64,000 nt of DNA from Methanoregula sp. (GTDB lineage Archaea > Halobacteriota > Methanomicrobia > Methanomicrobiales > Methanospirillaceae). The notes below the pieces were generated by a model. It worked only from the letters and a program-made list of their open reading frames with translations. It was not told where the DNA came from and did not search any database. A program made the position numbers and the translations under genes. The stretch's first letter is position 1. Each line of letters opens with the position of its first letter. Shown here piece after piece: positions 19,433-29,718 of this stretch. The stretch is taken from the NCBI GenBank assembly GCA_039698055.1, contig JBDKTL010000043.1, positions 1 to 64,000 on the forward strand. The letters are read 5' to 3'.

Positions 19433-21282
19433 AACGCTACCTGAACGTCATATCGCTGGAGGTGGCCCGTGAACTGCTCCGGGCCGGGTTTTCCCCCACG
19501 CCGTCACGCGAACACGTCCCGCTCGAAAAGGCGCCCGGCAGGGTAACCGCAGAACCGATCTTCGCCAGGTACTCGGTCCCGGAAGTCCATCTTGCCGCAA
19601 TGGACGGGATCGCCGTCGTGAGTGCCGATACTACTGGCGCTGGCGACCAGCACCCGATCGCCCTTTCACGGGCACTCCGGGTCAACACAGGCAATGTCGT
19701 GCCGCCGGAATTTGATGCGGTGATTATGATCGAGGACGTGCATATCGATGACGGCCGGTTCACGATCCGCAAAGCCGCTCCGCCATGGCAGCATGTCCGC
19801 CCTGCCGGGGAAGATATCGGGGAATCGGAGATGGCACTCCCGTCCCGTCACCGGGTAAGAGCGTCAGAACTTGGGGCACTTGCTGCATACGGGGTCACCG
19901 ATCTTGAAGTAATTACCGTGAGAACCGGGCTCATCCCGACAGGGAGCGAACTGGTTGCACACGGCACCCACCCGCAGCCCGGGCAGGTGGTGGAGAGCAA
20001 TACCGTGATGGCCGTGGCGATCTTAGAGGAACTTGGGGCGTCCTGCACCCGGTACCCGATGGTAAAAGACGACCCGGTGCTGATCCGCGAAGCGATGGAG
20101 CGGGCGGTAGCCGAAAACGATGTCGTCATCATCTCTGCCGGTTCATCGGCAGGCACCCGTGACTATACCGTAGAGATCATTGCGGAACTGGGCGAAGTTC
20201 TTGTCCATGGCATCGCGATAAAACCGGGAAAACCGGCGATCGTCGGCAGGATCCACAACACGCCGGTCATCGGGATGCCGGGCTACCCGCTCTCGGCGCT
20301 GACCATCCTGCGGGAACTGGTTGTTCCCCTCATGGGGCAGTACGGCCTCCCGGTTCCTGTACCGGAGCATATCGAGGCACAGATCACCCGCACGACCCAC
20401 AAGGACGTGGGAACTGACGAGTTTATTCTCTGTTCGCTGGGGAGAATCGGCACCCGCTGGGTCGTCTCACCCCAGTCCCGGGGTGCGGGTGTGCAGATGA
20501 GCGCGGTGCGGGCAAACGCATTCCTGAAGATCCCGTCAGCAAGCGAGGGATACGAGGCGGGTCAAATGGTGCCTGCTACTCTGACGGTGCCGCGTGCAGA
20601 TGCAGAAAAGGCGCTGCTTGTCACCGGGAGCCATGATCCGGTCCTCGATTACCTTGCCGACATGCTCCAGAAAAAAGGAGTGAGCCTCCATTCCACGCAC
20701 GTGGGAAGCATGGGGGGGATTATGGCGCTCCAGAAGGACGAGTGCCATGCGGCGCCGACCCACCTTCTGGCTGAAGACGGCAGTTACAATATTGCCTTCC
20801 TGAAAAAAATCCTTCCCGGTGAAGAAATTGCCCTGGTATGCGTCGCAGAACGCACGCAGGGGATTGTCTCCCGTGACGGGATCACGTTTGGCGATCTGCC
20901 CGGTCACACGTTCATCAACCGTCAGCGGGGATCGGGCACCCGGATGCTGCTGGATTTTGAACTCCGCAAAACCGGGATTGATCCCTCAACCATCCGGGGC
21001 TACGAGCGTGAAGTTACCACGCATCTTGCCGTGGCACTTGCGGTGAAGTCAAACGAAGCAGACGCCGGCATGTGCGTGTACAGTGCGGCACATGCCCTCG
21101 GCCTTCAGTTTGTGCCGGTGGCATCCGAGCGGTACGAGATTGCCATTCGGAAAAAACATCTTGGCGATCCCCGGGTGGCAGCGCTTATTGACGCGATTGT
21201 GTCACCGGAATTCCACGAGATCCTGCACCGGCTCGGCGGGTACGATACTAAAGAGACCGGCGTGCGGCGCGAACTGCCATAA
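19426..21282 (+). CDS. moeA: MoeA fused to C-terminal PBP (LysR-type substrate-binding) domain
   Basis: AAMDGIAV, TGSEL, KPGKP, GSHD, NRQRGSGTR; TTG start. Confidence 0.9.
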   Translation: MVKRYLNVISLEVARELLRAGFSPTPSREHVPLEKAPGRVTAEPIFARYSVPEVHLAAMDGIAVVSADTTGAGDQHPIALSRALRVNTGNVVPPEFDAVIMIEDVHIDDGRFTIRKAAPPWQHVRPAGEDIGESEMALPSRHRVRASELGALAAYGVTDLEVITVRTGLIPTGSELVAHGTHPQPGQVVESNTVMAVAILEELGASCTRYPMVKDDPVLIREAMERAVAENDVVIISAGSSAGTRDYTVEIIAELGEVLVHGIAIKPGKPAIVGRIHNTPVIGMPGYPLSALTILRELVVPLMGQYGLPVPVPEHIEAQITRTTHKDVGTDEFILCSLGRIGTRWVVSPQSRGAGVQMSAVRANAFLKIPSASEGYEAGQMVPATLTVPRADAEKALLVTGSHDPVLDYLADMLQKKGVSLHSTHVGSMGGIMALQKDECHAAPTHLLAEDGSYNIAFLKKILPGEEIALVCVAERTQGIVSRDGITFGDLPGHTFINRQRGSGTRMLLDFELRKTGIDPSTIRGYEREVTTHLAVALAVKSNEADAGMCVYSAAHALGLQFVPVASERYEIAIRKKHLGDPRVAALIDAIVSPEFHEILHRLGGYDTKETGVRRELP

Positions 21283-21694
21283 GAACCGCGTCCTGGGGGG
21301 TTGCACACTGCTGCACCCCGTTAATATCCCACGTTTTTATCCCAAATACCGGGCGCTGCATCTTGAGCGCAATAGCAATTTCAGACAGCGTGCCATGACT
21401 CCCGCCAATCGCAATCACCGCATCCGCTGACTGGACAATAACCACATTCCGTGCATGGCCAAGTCCGGTCCGGATGACGATGTCCAGAAACGGGTTCCCG
21501 TTGCCGGTATCCGGGAGAATTCCCACGGTTTGCCCGCCCTGTTCGCGTGCGCCTTTGCATGCGGCTTCCATCACGCCTCCCAGCCCGCCGCACACAAGCG
21601 TTTCATGGCTCTGTGCGATGAGCCGGCCGGTTTCCTCGGCTGCGGCTAACTCTTCCGGTGTGGCGTTCGCGGCACCAATGACAGCAATCTGCAT
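21248..21694 (-). CDS. LOG-family Rossmann-fold nucleotide-binding protein (TIGR00725-like)
   Basis: CGGLGGVMEAACKGA, TVGILP, ARNVVI, GGSHGTLSEI. Confidence 0.85.
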   Translation of the reverse strand: MQIAVIGAANATPEELAAAEETGRLIAQSHETLVCGGLGGVMEAACKGAREQGGQTVGILPDTGNGNPFLDIVIRTGLGHARNVVIVQSADAVIAIGGSHGTLSEIAIALKMQRPVFGIKTWDINGVQQCATPQDAVLMAVRAARRSL

Positions 21695-21782
21695 ACCGAT
21701 CCATACACCGCCCACACAATAAAACACGGGCTTCCATGGATTGCAGGACATGCACCGATTACGCCACCTTACCCAGGAGAAC

Positions 21783-21805
21783 CTCCGGCTGATGGTGATC
21801 AACCG
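21783..21805. repeat. 23-bp perfect inverted copy of 23274-23296 (3' end of aldehyde dehydrogenase gene)
   Basis: CTCCGGCTGATGGTGATCAACCG vs CGGTTGATCACCATCAGCCGGAG. Confidence 0.85.
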
Positions 21806-21893
21806 GGTGGCATCCCAAAGTCCCCCTCTTAAAATATAAAATCATCAATTACAATCGACAATTTTATCATATATCATCAATTATATCTGACAC

Positions 21894-23198
21894 ATGGAAC
21901 AGAGCATACGGATTGCCCTTGAAAGCCAGAACCCGTGGTGGTTCGATAAACCGTTCACCTCCGGTGTGGACCGCTTAGTCTGGTTCCCACAACTCCAAAA
22001 TTACATCCCTGTGCGGGAGATCCTGCTGCTGATCGGCGCCCGCAGGACCGGGAAATCCACGCTCGTATACCAGATCATCCGCTCCCTGATCGATGCGGGC
22101 ACCAGGAGCGAGGCCATCCTGTATCTCAACCTTGACGAACCCCTCTTTGTCAACCGGGCAAAAGATCCCGGGTTCCTCCGCGAACTCATCGAAGACCACT
22201 GCACACGACATCCCGACATCGCACAGTTCACAATCTGCATCGATGAGATCCAGAACTTCGAACACTGGGTGGCAACGGTAAAGACCATCTATGACACACG
22301 CCCCGACATCAAACTGATCCTGACCGGTTCAAGTTCGACCCTACTCCAGCGCGAAATCAGCACCCGGCTCTCCGGTCGATACTTTTCCATCACCATCTGG
22401 CCGCTCACGTTTAACGAGAGCCTTACATTTTCCGGCATCGGCACACCGACAACAATCCAAAAACGCCAGCATGTCACCACGTACCTGACCTTTGGAGGAT
22501 TTCCCCGCGTGGTACTCGAACCGCAGGATGACATAAAAAAAGAGATTCTCAAAAATTATTATGAAACCATCTACCTCAAGGATATAATCTATCCCAACAA
22601 TGTGAGAAATAACAGCGATTTGTACGATGTGCTCTATTTCCTGATCTCAAATATCGGAAACCCGCTCTCTTACAACCGGATTGCAGGTACGCTACATATT
22701 GCCCCTGAAACCGTGCGGGAATATATCGGATATGCTGAAAATGCGTTCCTGCTCTCTTCAGTGAAAAAATTCGATTACTCGGTGAAAAAGCAGCTGGCAA
22801 ACCAGAAGAAAGTTTATTGCGTTGATACCGGCATCATAAACGCTGTCGCCTTTTCTTTCTCGGAAAACCGGGGGAACCTGCTTGAAAACGCGGTATTCAT
22901 GGCGTTGAAAAAGATACCTGGTGAGATCTACTACCACCGGGATCGATACGAGTGCGATTTTGTGGTAAAAACGTACCGGAAGATTTCACTTGTTCTCCAG
23001 GTTACCGAATCACTTGCCAGCCCAAATACAAGGACACGGGAGATCCGGGGGTTGTGCGAAGCGATGACAGCATACGATCTCAAAGAGGGGCTTATCATCA
23101 CCCGGGATGAATCCGGAGAGGAAACGATTGACGGCAGGCGTATCCATATCCTGCCCGTTTATGAATGGTTGGAAACGATGCGGTCCAGAACTAAATAA
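21894..23198 (+). CDS. AAA+ ATPase (AAA_14 plus DUF4143-type nuclease-like C-terminus)
   Basis: GARRTGKST, IDEIQN, LTGSSS, GGFP, KKVYCVDTG, ECDFV. Confidence 0.88.
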   Translation: MEQSIRIALESQNPWWFDKPFTSGVDRLVWFPQLQNYIPVREILLLIGARRTGKSTLVYQIIRSLIDAGTRSEAILYLNLDEPLFVNRAKDPGFLRELIEDHCTRHPDIAQFTICIDEIQNFEHWVATVKTIYDTRPDIKLILTGSSSTLLQREISTRLSGRYFSITIWPLTFNESLTFSGIGTPTTIQKRQHVTTYLTFGGFPRVVLEPQDDIKKEILKNYYETIYLKDIIYPNNVRNNSDLYDVLYFLISNIGNPLSYNRIAGTLHIAPETVREYIGYAENAFLLSSVKKFDYSVKKQLANQKKVYCVDTGIINAVAFSFSENRGNLLENAVFMALKKIPGEIYYHRDRYECDFVVKTYRKISLVLQVTESLASPNTRTREIRGLCEAMTAYDLKEGLIITRDESGEETIDGRRIHILPVYEWLETMRSRTK

Positions 23199-23254
23199 AA
23201 AACGATCTTTTTCCCAGGAATTATGCGGGTGGATGCATCCCCACAAGTCCCCGT

Positions 23255-24688
23255 TTATTCCACCCCGCCGTCACGGTTGATCACCATCAGCCGGAGTTCG
23301 GTCATCTCTTCGATAGCATACCGTGGACCTTCCCGCCCTATACCCGAGCTTTTCACCCCGCCATACGGCATCTGGTCAGCCCGGAACGTGGGAATATCGT
23401 TGACCTGCACACCGCCGACATGCATCTCCTCAAATACCCGCATCGCACGGTTGATGTTCTGCGTGAAGATACCGACCTGCAACCCATAGTCACCGGCATC
23501 TGCCATCTTCACCGCTTCAGAAAAGTTGTCGTAGGGAGTGATGGAAATGACCGGGGCAAACACCTCTTCCCGGTTCACCCGCATCTCCGGCGTCGTACCG
23601 GTAAGCACGGTTGGCTGGAACATCGTCCCTTCCAGTGTCCCGCCGGTCAGGCACCGGGCACCCTGCATGATGGCTTCCTGCACTTTTGCATACGCCTGCT
23701 CCGCTTTCACCCGGTCAATCATCGGCCCCACATCGGTTGCCGGGTCACAGGGATCGCCAACATTTAACTGGTTTATCGCGGCGAGGATTAATGCAAGAGC
23801 CCGTTCATAGATCGACCGGTGCAGGAATACCCGTTGTACCGAGATGCAGACCTGCCCGGCGTTGATAAAACCTCCTGCGGCAATCCTTTGTGCGGCATAT
23901 TCAAGATTGGCATCCTCGTGCACGATCACTGCGGCATTCCCGCCCAGCTCCAGCCCGACTTTTTTCCTGCCGGCAATCTCCCGCAGGTGCCAGCCAACCT
24001 CACAACTGCCGGTAAACGAGAGAAACGCAATGCAGGGGTCACGGACAAGCTGTTCCGCACGAACACCCGGGCAGGGCACCACGCTGATCGCATCCGGGGG
24101 CAGCCCGGCATCAAGGACCATCTCTCCCAGCAAGAGACTGGATACCGGTGTCGCTGACGCCGGCTTGAGGATAATGGAATTTCCTGCGGCAATCGCAGGA
24201 GCAAATTTGTGGCATGCGAGGTTAAGCGGGAAGTTAAAGGGAACGATGCCCAGCACCGGGCCGAGCGGAAACCGCCTGATATACCCGGTCCTGCCCGTGG
24301 TGTCTTCGCTCCAGTCAAGCGGGATGATCTCCCCGTAGATCCTCTTTGCCTCCTCAGCCGCAGTCCGGACCGTCATCCCGGCACGGGCGACCTCGTTTGT
24401 GGCAAACTTCCGGGTTTTACCGCCCTCCATTATCAGGACATCGACGAGTTCGTTTGCGCGTGAATGGATTTCCCCGGCAAGATTTTCAAGAATCTGGGCG
24501 CGGGCATGGCTCGAAAGCACCCGGGTCTCGGAAAATCCCCTGACTGATGCGGCAACTGCCTCCTCTAACTCGGCATTACCTGCCTGGCAGACTTCCGCGT
24601 ACACGTCACCGGTATAGGGAAACCGGACTTTGACGATCTCGTTTGTCTCTTTAAAGACGCCACCAATCAGGAGCGGGTAAGGTTTCAT
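23255..24688 (-). CDS. NAD(P)-dependent aldehyde dehydrogenase (lactaldehyde dehydrogenase/GAPN-like)
   Basis: PFNFP, FTGS, LELGGN, GQVC, EEVFAP. Confidence 0.92.
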   Translation of the reverse strand: MKPYPLLIGGVFKETNEIVKVRFPYTGDVYAEVCQAGNAELEEAVAASVRGFSETRVLSSHARAQILENLAGEIHSRANELVDVLIMEGGKTRKFATNEVARAGMTVRTAAEEAKRIYGEIIPLDWSEDTTGRTGYIRRFPLGPVLGIVPFNFPLNLACHKFAPAIAAGNSIILKPASATPVSSLLLGEMVLDAGLPPDAISVVPCPGVRAEQLVRDPCIAFLSFTGSCEVGWHLREIAGRKKVGLELGGNAAVIVHEDANLEYAAQRIAAGGFINAGQVCISVQRVFLHRSIYERALALILAAINQLNVGDPCDPATDVGPMIDRVKAEQAYAKVQEAIMQGARCLTGGTLEGTMFQPTVLTGTTPEMRVNREEVFAPVISITPYDNFSEAVKMADAGDYGLQVGIFTQNINRAMRVFEEMHVGGVQVNDIPTFRADQMPYGGVKSSGIGREGPRYAIEEMTELRLMVINRDGGVE

Positions 24689-24883
24689 GTCCGATCAGTC
24701 CATTTTTCTGGTATTATCGTCAGATGGTGCTCACGGGATATACGCGGATAGATATCGCCCTGCCAGAATACCACGGTACTCCATAAAGAACTGCCGGTGC
24801 AGAACACGATAATTACTTTGTTTAGTGGCACAAATATTTCTCCACGATTAAACGGTCGTCCCAATAGATACGAGAGGGGTTTT

Positions 24884-27800
24884 GTGAAGGAAGTTACCGC
24901 GAACTTTGACGCGAAAAGCATCGAGCGTGAGGTGCAGGAATACTGGCGCACTCACGGGACGTACAAGGCAGTAAAAGAGCACCGGTGTGCAGGAAAAGCG
25001 TTCTTTTTTGTGGACGGGCCGCCCTACACGACGGGCCAAATCCACCTTGGCACGGCATGGAACAAGATCCTCAAGGATTCCATCCTGCGCTACCAAAGGA
25101 TGAACGGCAAAAACGTGATCGACCGTGCAGGATACGATATGCACGGCCTGCCCATCGAAGTAAAAGTGGAGCAGCAGCTGGGGTTTAAATCCAAAAAAGA
25201 CATCGAGACGTTCGGTATCCGGAAGTTTATCGACCAGTGCCGTGAGTTTGCCATCAAAAACAAGGAACTCATGGATACCCAGTTCGAGAGCCTCGGTGTC
25301 TGGCTCGATTTCAAAAACGCGTACCAGACCGTCAGGCCCGAGTATATCGAAGCGGCATGGTGGACGCTTGCCCGGGCACAGGAAAAAGGTATGCTCGAAC
25401 GCGGGAACCGGGTTGTGAACTGGTGCCCCCGGTGCGAGACGGCAATTGCGGATGCGGAAGTGGAATACTGGGACGAGACTGACCCCTCGGTCTTTGTGAA
25501 GTTCCCGATCCGGGGAAAACCCGGGGAGTATCTTGTCATCTGGACAACAACCCCGTGGACACTACCGGCAAACGTCGCTGTAGCCGTGGCAAAGGATTTT
25601 GTATACGCCAGGGTCCATGCGACAAAAAATGATAAAGAGGAATATTTCTGGATTGCTGAACCCCTCGTCAAGTCAGTCCTGAAAAAAGGCCGTTACAAGG
25701 ATTACAAGGCTCTTGAAACAAAGAAGGGTTCGGAACTTGCCGGCTGGGAATACGATTCCCCGCTTGCTGAACAGGTGCCACTCCAGAAGGATATCGCCCA
25801 CAAAGTAGTCGTAGCGGATTTTGTCGCAATGGAGAACACCGGCATGGTGCATATTGCCCCGGGTCACGGGTGGGACGACTACGTGCTCGGGACAAAAGAG
25901 GGGCTTGCAATTGTCTGCCCGGTTGACGGTGCAGGAAAATTCCGCGAAGAAGCGGGGATTTTTGCCGGCCAGTATGTACGGGACTCTAACCAGAATGTGC
26001 TCGAAGCGCTGGGCGATTATTTGCTCGCACAGGAAAAAGTGGTCCACCGGTACGGCCACTGCTGGCGCTGCAAGACGCCAATCATCTTCCGGGCAACCTC
26101 GCAGTGGTTCTTAAAAGCATCCGAGATGCGGGACTTCATGCTCCACGAGGTCGAGAAAGTCACGTGGTATCCCGAATGGGCCGGCAGCGCCCGTTTCTAC
26201 GACTGGATTAAGGAGGCACGTGACTGGTGCATCTCCCGCCAGCGGTACTGGGGCATCCCGATCCCAGTCTGGGTCTGCACAAAATGCGACAAATACCGGG
26301 TCATCGGCACCATCAAAGAGCTCGAAGATGCAAGCGGCAAGAGCCTTCCCGATCCGCACCGCCCGTTCGTGGATGATGTGAAGATCCCGTGTACCTGCGG
26401 TGGCGAGATGAAACGGGTCGAGGATATCTTCGATGTGTGGTTCGACTCCGCCGTTGCGTCATGGGCAACACTCGGCTTTCCCGGGAAAACCGCAGATTTT
26501 GAGAAACTCTGGCCGGCAGACTTTATCACCGAAGGGCAGGACCAGACCCGTGGGTGGTTCTACTCGCAGCTGGGCGCGAGCACGATTGCGTTTGGCAAGG
26601 CGCCCTACAAGAGCGTCTGCATGCACGGGTTTGCTCTTGATGCTGAAGGCAAGAAGATGTCTAAGAGCCTCGGGAATGTCGTAGCTCCTGAAGAGGTCAT
26701 CGCAAAGGTCGGCGTTGATGTGCTCCGCCTCTACGTGCTCTCCTCATCAGCACCGTGGGATGACCTGAAGTTCAACTGGGACGGCGTTGCCACAATCAAC
26801 CGTGCGGCAAACATCCTCTGGAACGTGTACCGGTTCCCGATGCCGTACATGATCCTCGACAAATTCGAACCGGCATCGAAAAACGGTGCCTGGGACGACG
26901 CGTATGTCCGGGCAAACCTGCTGAAAATGCCCGATGAGGACCGGTTCATCATCTCCCGGATCAACACGGTCGCGGGCATTGTCGATGCAGCGATGAAAGA
27001 GTGCCAGCTCCACCGTGCGACACGCGAGCTCACGAACTTTATTCTCGAGGATCTCTCGCGCTGGTATGTCCAGCTCGTCCGGCCCCGCATGTGGCTTGAG
27101 GGCGAGTCGGAGCAGAAACAGTTTGCCTACGAGACGATCTATTATGTCATGCGCCGGCTTATCGGCCTCCTCGCCCCGTTCTGCCCGCACATCACCGAAG
27201 AGATCTACCAGAACCTCAAATGTGCCGGCGATCCGGCAAGCGTGCATATGCTGGACTGGTTTGTCCCCGAGCCTGCACTCATCAACCCGGAACTCGAACA
27301 TGCAACCGAACTTGTCCGCTCATTTGACGACGCAGTGCAGAACGCCCGTCAGGCAGGCAGGCGCAAACTCCGCTGGCCGGTAAATGAAGTGGTCGTTGTG
27401 ACCGACACAGAGACGGTCAAAGACGCTGTTGCCCGCCTCAATGCTATCTGCATGGACCGGGCAAACGCCCGGCAGGTCAAGGTCGTCATGGGACGCTGGG
27501 ACCGGGTCGGCTGGCATGCGGAGCCGGTGATGAAAGCGCTCGGTCCCGCGTTTGGCAGGGACGCACCCCTGGCGAAAGCCGCAATCGAGAAGGCGGATGG
27601 CAACCGGCTGAAAAGCGAGACCGGTGCCGGCCGCACCGTCACCCTTGTCGAAGGGGATCATCATTTCGAGATTGGTGCTGCGCAGGTGACGTTCACCGAG
27701 AAACTCCCTGCTGATGTCTTCTCCGCTCCGATGACGGATGCAACGGTGTACGTGGACGTGGCACTCACACCTGACCTCGAAGCGGAAGGCTATGCCCGTG

Positions 27801-28066
27801 AAGTGATCCGGCGGATACAGGAAATGCGCCGGCAGCTCGATCTCGCAGTCGAGGACTTTATCATCGTCGATGTCGGTATTGCCGACACGCGGATCTGTGA
27901 TCTTGTCAGCTCCGGCTGGAATGCCGGGATTGCCGAAGAGGTCCGGGCAAAGGCTCTCTCGCTCCACAGCCTGACCGAACCGGCAGCAGCGGCATATCAG
28001 CTGGTCAAAGAGTGGGATGTCGAAGGCGTCGCAATGACGATCGGGATCTCACGCACAAGCGACTGA
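24884..28066 (+). CDS. ileS: Isoleucine--tRNA ligase
   Basis: DGPPY..HLGT, WTTTPWT, DWCISRQRYWG, EGQDQTRGWF, KMSKS; GTG start. Confidence 0.97.
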   Translation: MKEVTANFDAKSIEREVQEYWRTHGTYKAVKEHRCAGKAFFFVDGPPYTTGQIHLGTAWNKILKDSILRYQRMNGKNVIDRAGYDMHGLPIEVKVEQQLGFKSKKDIETFGIRKFIDQCREFAIKNKELMDTQFESLGVWLDFKNAYQTVRPEYIEAAWWTLARAQEKGMLERGNRVVNWCPRCETAIADAEVEYWDETDPSVFVKFPIRGKPGEYLVIWTTTPWTLPANVAVAVAKDFVYARVHATKNDKEEYFWIAEPLVKSVLKKGRYKDYKALETKKGSELAGWEYDSPLAEQVPLQKDIAHKVVVADFVAMENTGMVHIAPGHGWDDYVLGTKEGLAIVCPVDGAGKFREEAGIFAGQYVRDSNQNVLEALGDYLLAQEKVVHRYGHCWRCKTPIIFRATSQWFLKASEMRDFMLHEVEKVTWYPEWAGSARFYDWIKEARDWCISRQRYWGIPIPVWVCTKCDKYRVIGTIKELEDASGKSLPDPHRPFVDDVKIPCTCGGEMKRVEDIFDVWFDSAVASWATLGFPGKTADFEKLWPADFITEGQDQTRGWFYSQLGASTIAFGKAPYKSVCMHGFALDAEGKKMSKSLGNVVAPEEVIAKVGVDVLRLYVLSSSAPWDDLKFNWDGVATINRAANILWNVYRFPMPYMILDKFEPASKNGAWDDAYVRANLLKMPDEDRFIISRINTVAGIVDAAMKECQLHRATRELTNFILEDLSRWYVQLVRPRMWLEGESEQKQFAYETIYYVMRRLIGLLAPFCPHITEEIYQNLKCAGDPASVHMLDWFVPEPALINPELEHATELVRSFDDAVQNARQAGRRKLRWPVNEVVVVTDTETVKDAVARLNAICMDRANARQVKVVMGRWDRVGWHAEPVMKALGPAFGRDAPLAKAAIEKADGNRLKSETGAGRTVTLVEGDHHFEIGAAQVTFTEKLPADVFSAPMTDATVYVDVALTPDLEAEGYAREVIRRIQEMRRQLDLAVEDFIIVDVGIADTRICDLVSSGWNAGIAEEVRAKALSLHSLTEPAAAAYQLVKEWDVEGVAMTIGISRTSD

Positions 28067-28187
28067 CCATAATTCCGGGATGAAGCCTTTTTAGCTGACG
28101 GAACCGATTGTGGCGAGGGTTTGAGCGATGCGGGAAATGAAAAGCAATACGGGAAGGAGCCCGGGTGACTGTGGGAGTTGGACAGGC

Positions 28188-28649
28188 ATGACCCTGCTGA
28201 CCAGAATCAAAGAACAGGTTGCCCTCATCACATTTCTTGCCGTCTTGTTGGCAACCGTGGTGTATGCATTCACCAGGATGCGTCCGTCCGGGCAGATGGG
28301 TACAGGTGAGGTCATCGTCTATGTCCTCATGGTCCTGTCCTTTTATGTTGTATCCTCAGTTATACCTGCAATCGCCGTCATATATGGATGGTACACCGGA
28401 AACAGGATAGGTTCGGTACTTATCGGAGTATGTCTGCTGCCGGTTATTTTTATCCTGGGATATATCGTGATATCCAATCATAATATGGTGTTTTTTCACG
28501 TTACCGGGACAATCGTGTATGTCGCCATTCTTTCCGGGATCGCCGGGTTCGCGGGTTATTGTGCTGCACAGAGGACAAAGTCCTGCCTTTCCGTGGCGAT
28601 TGCTCTCAACGGGATCTGGATCTTCGTGTTGATGCAGGGGTTCAATTGA
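28188..28649 (+). CDS. Hypothetical membrane protein
   Basis: About 5 hydrophobic helices. Confidence 0.6.
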   Translation: MTLLTRIKEQVALITFLAVLLATVVYAFTRMRPSGQMGTGEVIVYVLMVLSFYVVSSVIPAIAVIYGWYTGNRIGSVLIGVCLLPVIFILGYIVISNHNMVFFHVTGTIVYVAILSGIAGFAGYCAAQRTKSCLSVAIALNGIWIFVLMQGFN

Positions 28650-28960
28650 GGTTGACACAATAAAAAAATCCAGGGGAAATATTGTTGTATGCAAGAGTCT
28701 TGTCCGTTACCTGCTTGTAAATGCCCTTTTGCGACAGGGCCAGGGCAACCGTGTCGCCCGGGGGTTACGGCTTTTTGAGCGCAACCCTCTGGACATCTGC
28801 CGGGAAATAATTTTACTCCCTTCACGGGGGGAACGATCCCAGGAGGGTCGTGTGGGTACCTTACCACGGTTACCTGACACAGGGCAGCAGGGATGTCTTG
28901 CAGGTGCCGGGGTTTGCCCGATTTATCCCCGCTGCATACGAATTTTAGAGATACGATCAA

Positions 28961-29527
28961 TCACTGGATGTATGTGGGCCATTTCACCATGTTCTTTTTG
29001 AGGTTGAGAATTTTGCCGTCAATTGTGAAAGTGCCATCCCCGTTGTGGTGGATGACCCGGCGTTCCCTGCGCCCCGTATCGATCCAGGCTTTGACACCTT
29101 CCAGGATGAAAAGATTGTACGTCCCGGCAAGGCTTGTGTCTTTCACCCGGCATTCGAGATTGACAAGGCATTCGGCCACGAGCGGCGGCGTTACCTTTTC
29201 AGCGGGCACCGGTGTCAGGTTAAAGGCGTCAAACTTGTCGATGTCCGCTCCCGAGCAATTACCAATTCCGACGACGCTTTTTGCGAGATCGACCGTAGGA
29301 ACAGCGATCACGCACTCCCCGGTTTCGCTGAGTGCACGAAAGCTGTGATCCCATGGCCCGATGATGCAGCCAAAGAGCGGCGGATCACCGTCCTGTATCA
29401 CCATGTGGTAACTCATCGTCATGATATTGGGACGGCCGTTATACTGCGTTGTCACCAGGACAACTGGCCCCGGCTCAATGAAGCGGTAGACACTGGATAA
29501 CAAAAGATTGTCCATCATAATGGTCAC
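28961..29527 (-). CDS. Flavin reductase-like FMN-binding protein
   Basis: PGPVVLVT, GNCSGADIDKF, ECLVNLEC. Confidence 0.88.
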   Translation of the reverse strand: MTIMMDNLLLSSVYRFIEPGPVVLVTTQYNGRPNIMTMSYHMVIQDGDPPLFGCIIGPWDHSFRALSETGECVIAVPTVDLAKSVVGIGNCSGADIDKFDAFNLTPVPAEKVTPPLVAECLVNLECRVKDTSLAGTYNLFILEGVKAWIDTGRRERRVIHHNGDGTFTIDGKILNLKKNMVKWPTYIQ

Positions 29528-29718
29528 ATTTTCCCTATCGCATATATCAGGATTGTTATCCTGTTGAAGACACCCGGGATTTCATGAGCCGGACCGTAAA
29601 TCCGTTTTTTTTTGATAGAAGGTATCCCTGTATTCCGAGCGTCCATTTTTTAAGTCATGAGCAGAGGTGAAATAATATTTGGCGCACGATGGATCAAAAA
29701 AGGTATGCAAAGCGCTCT

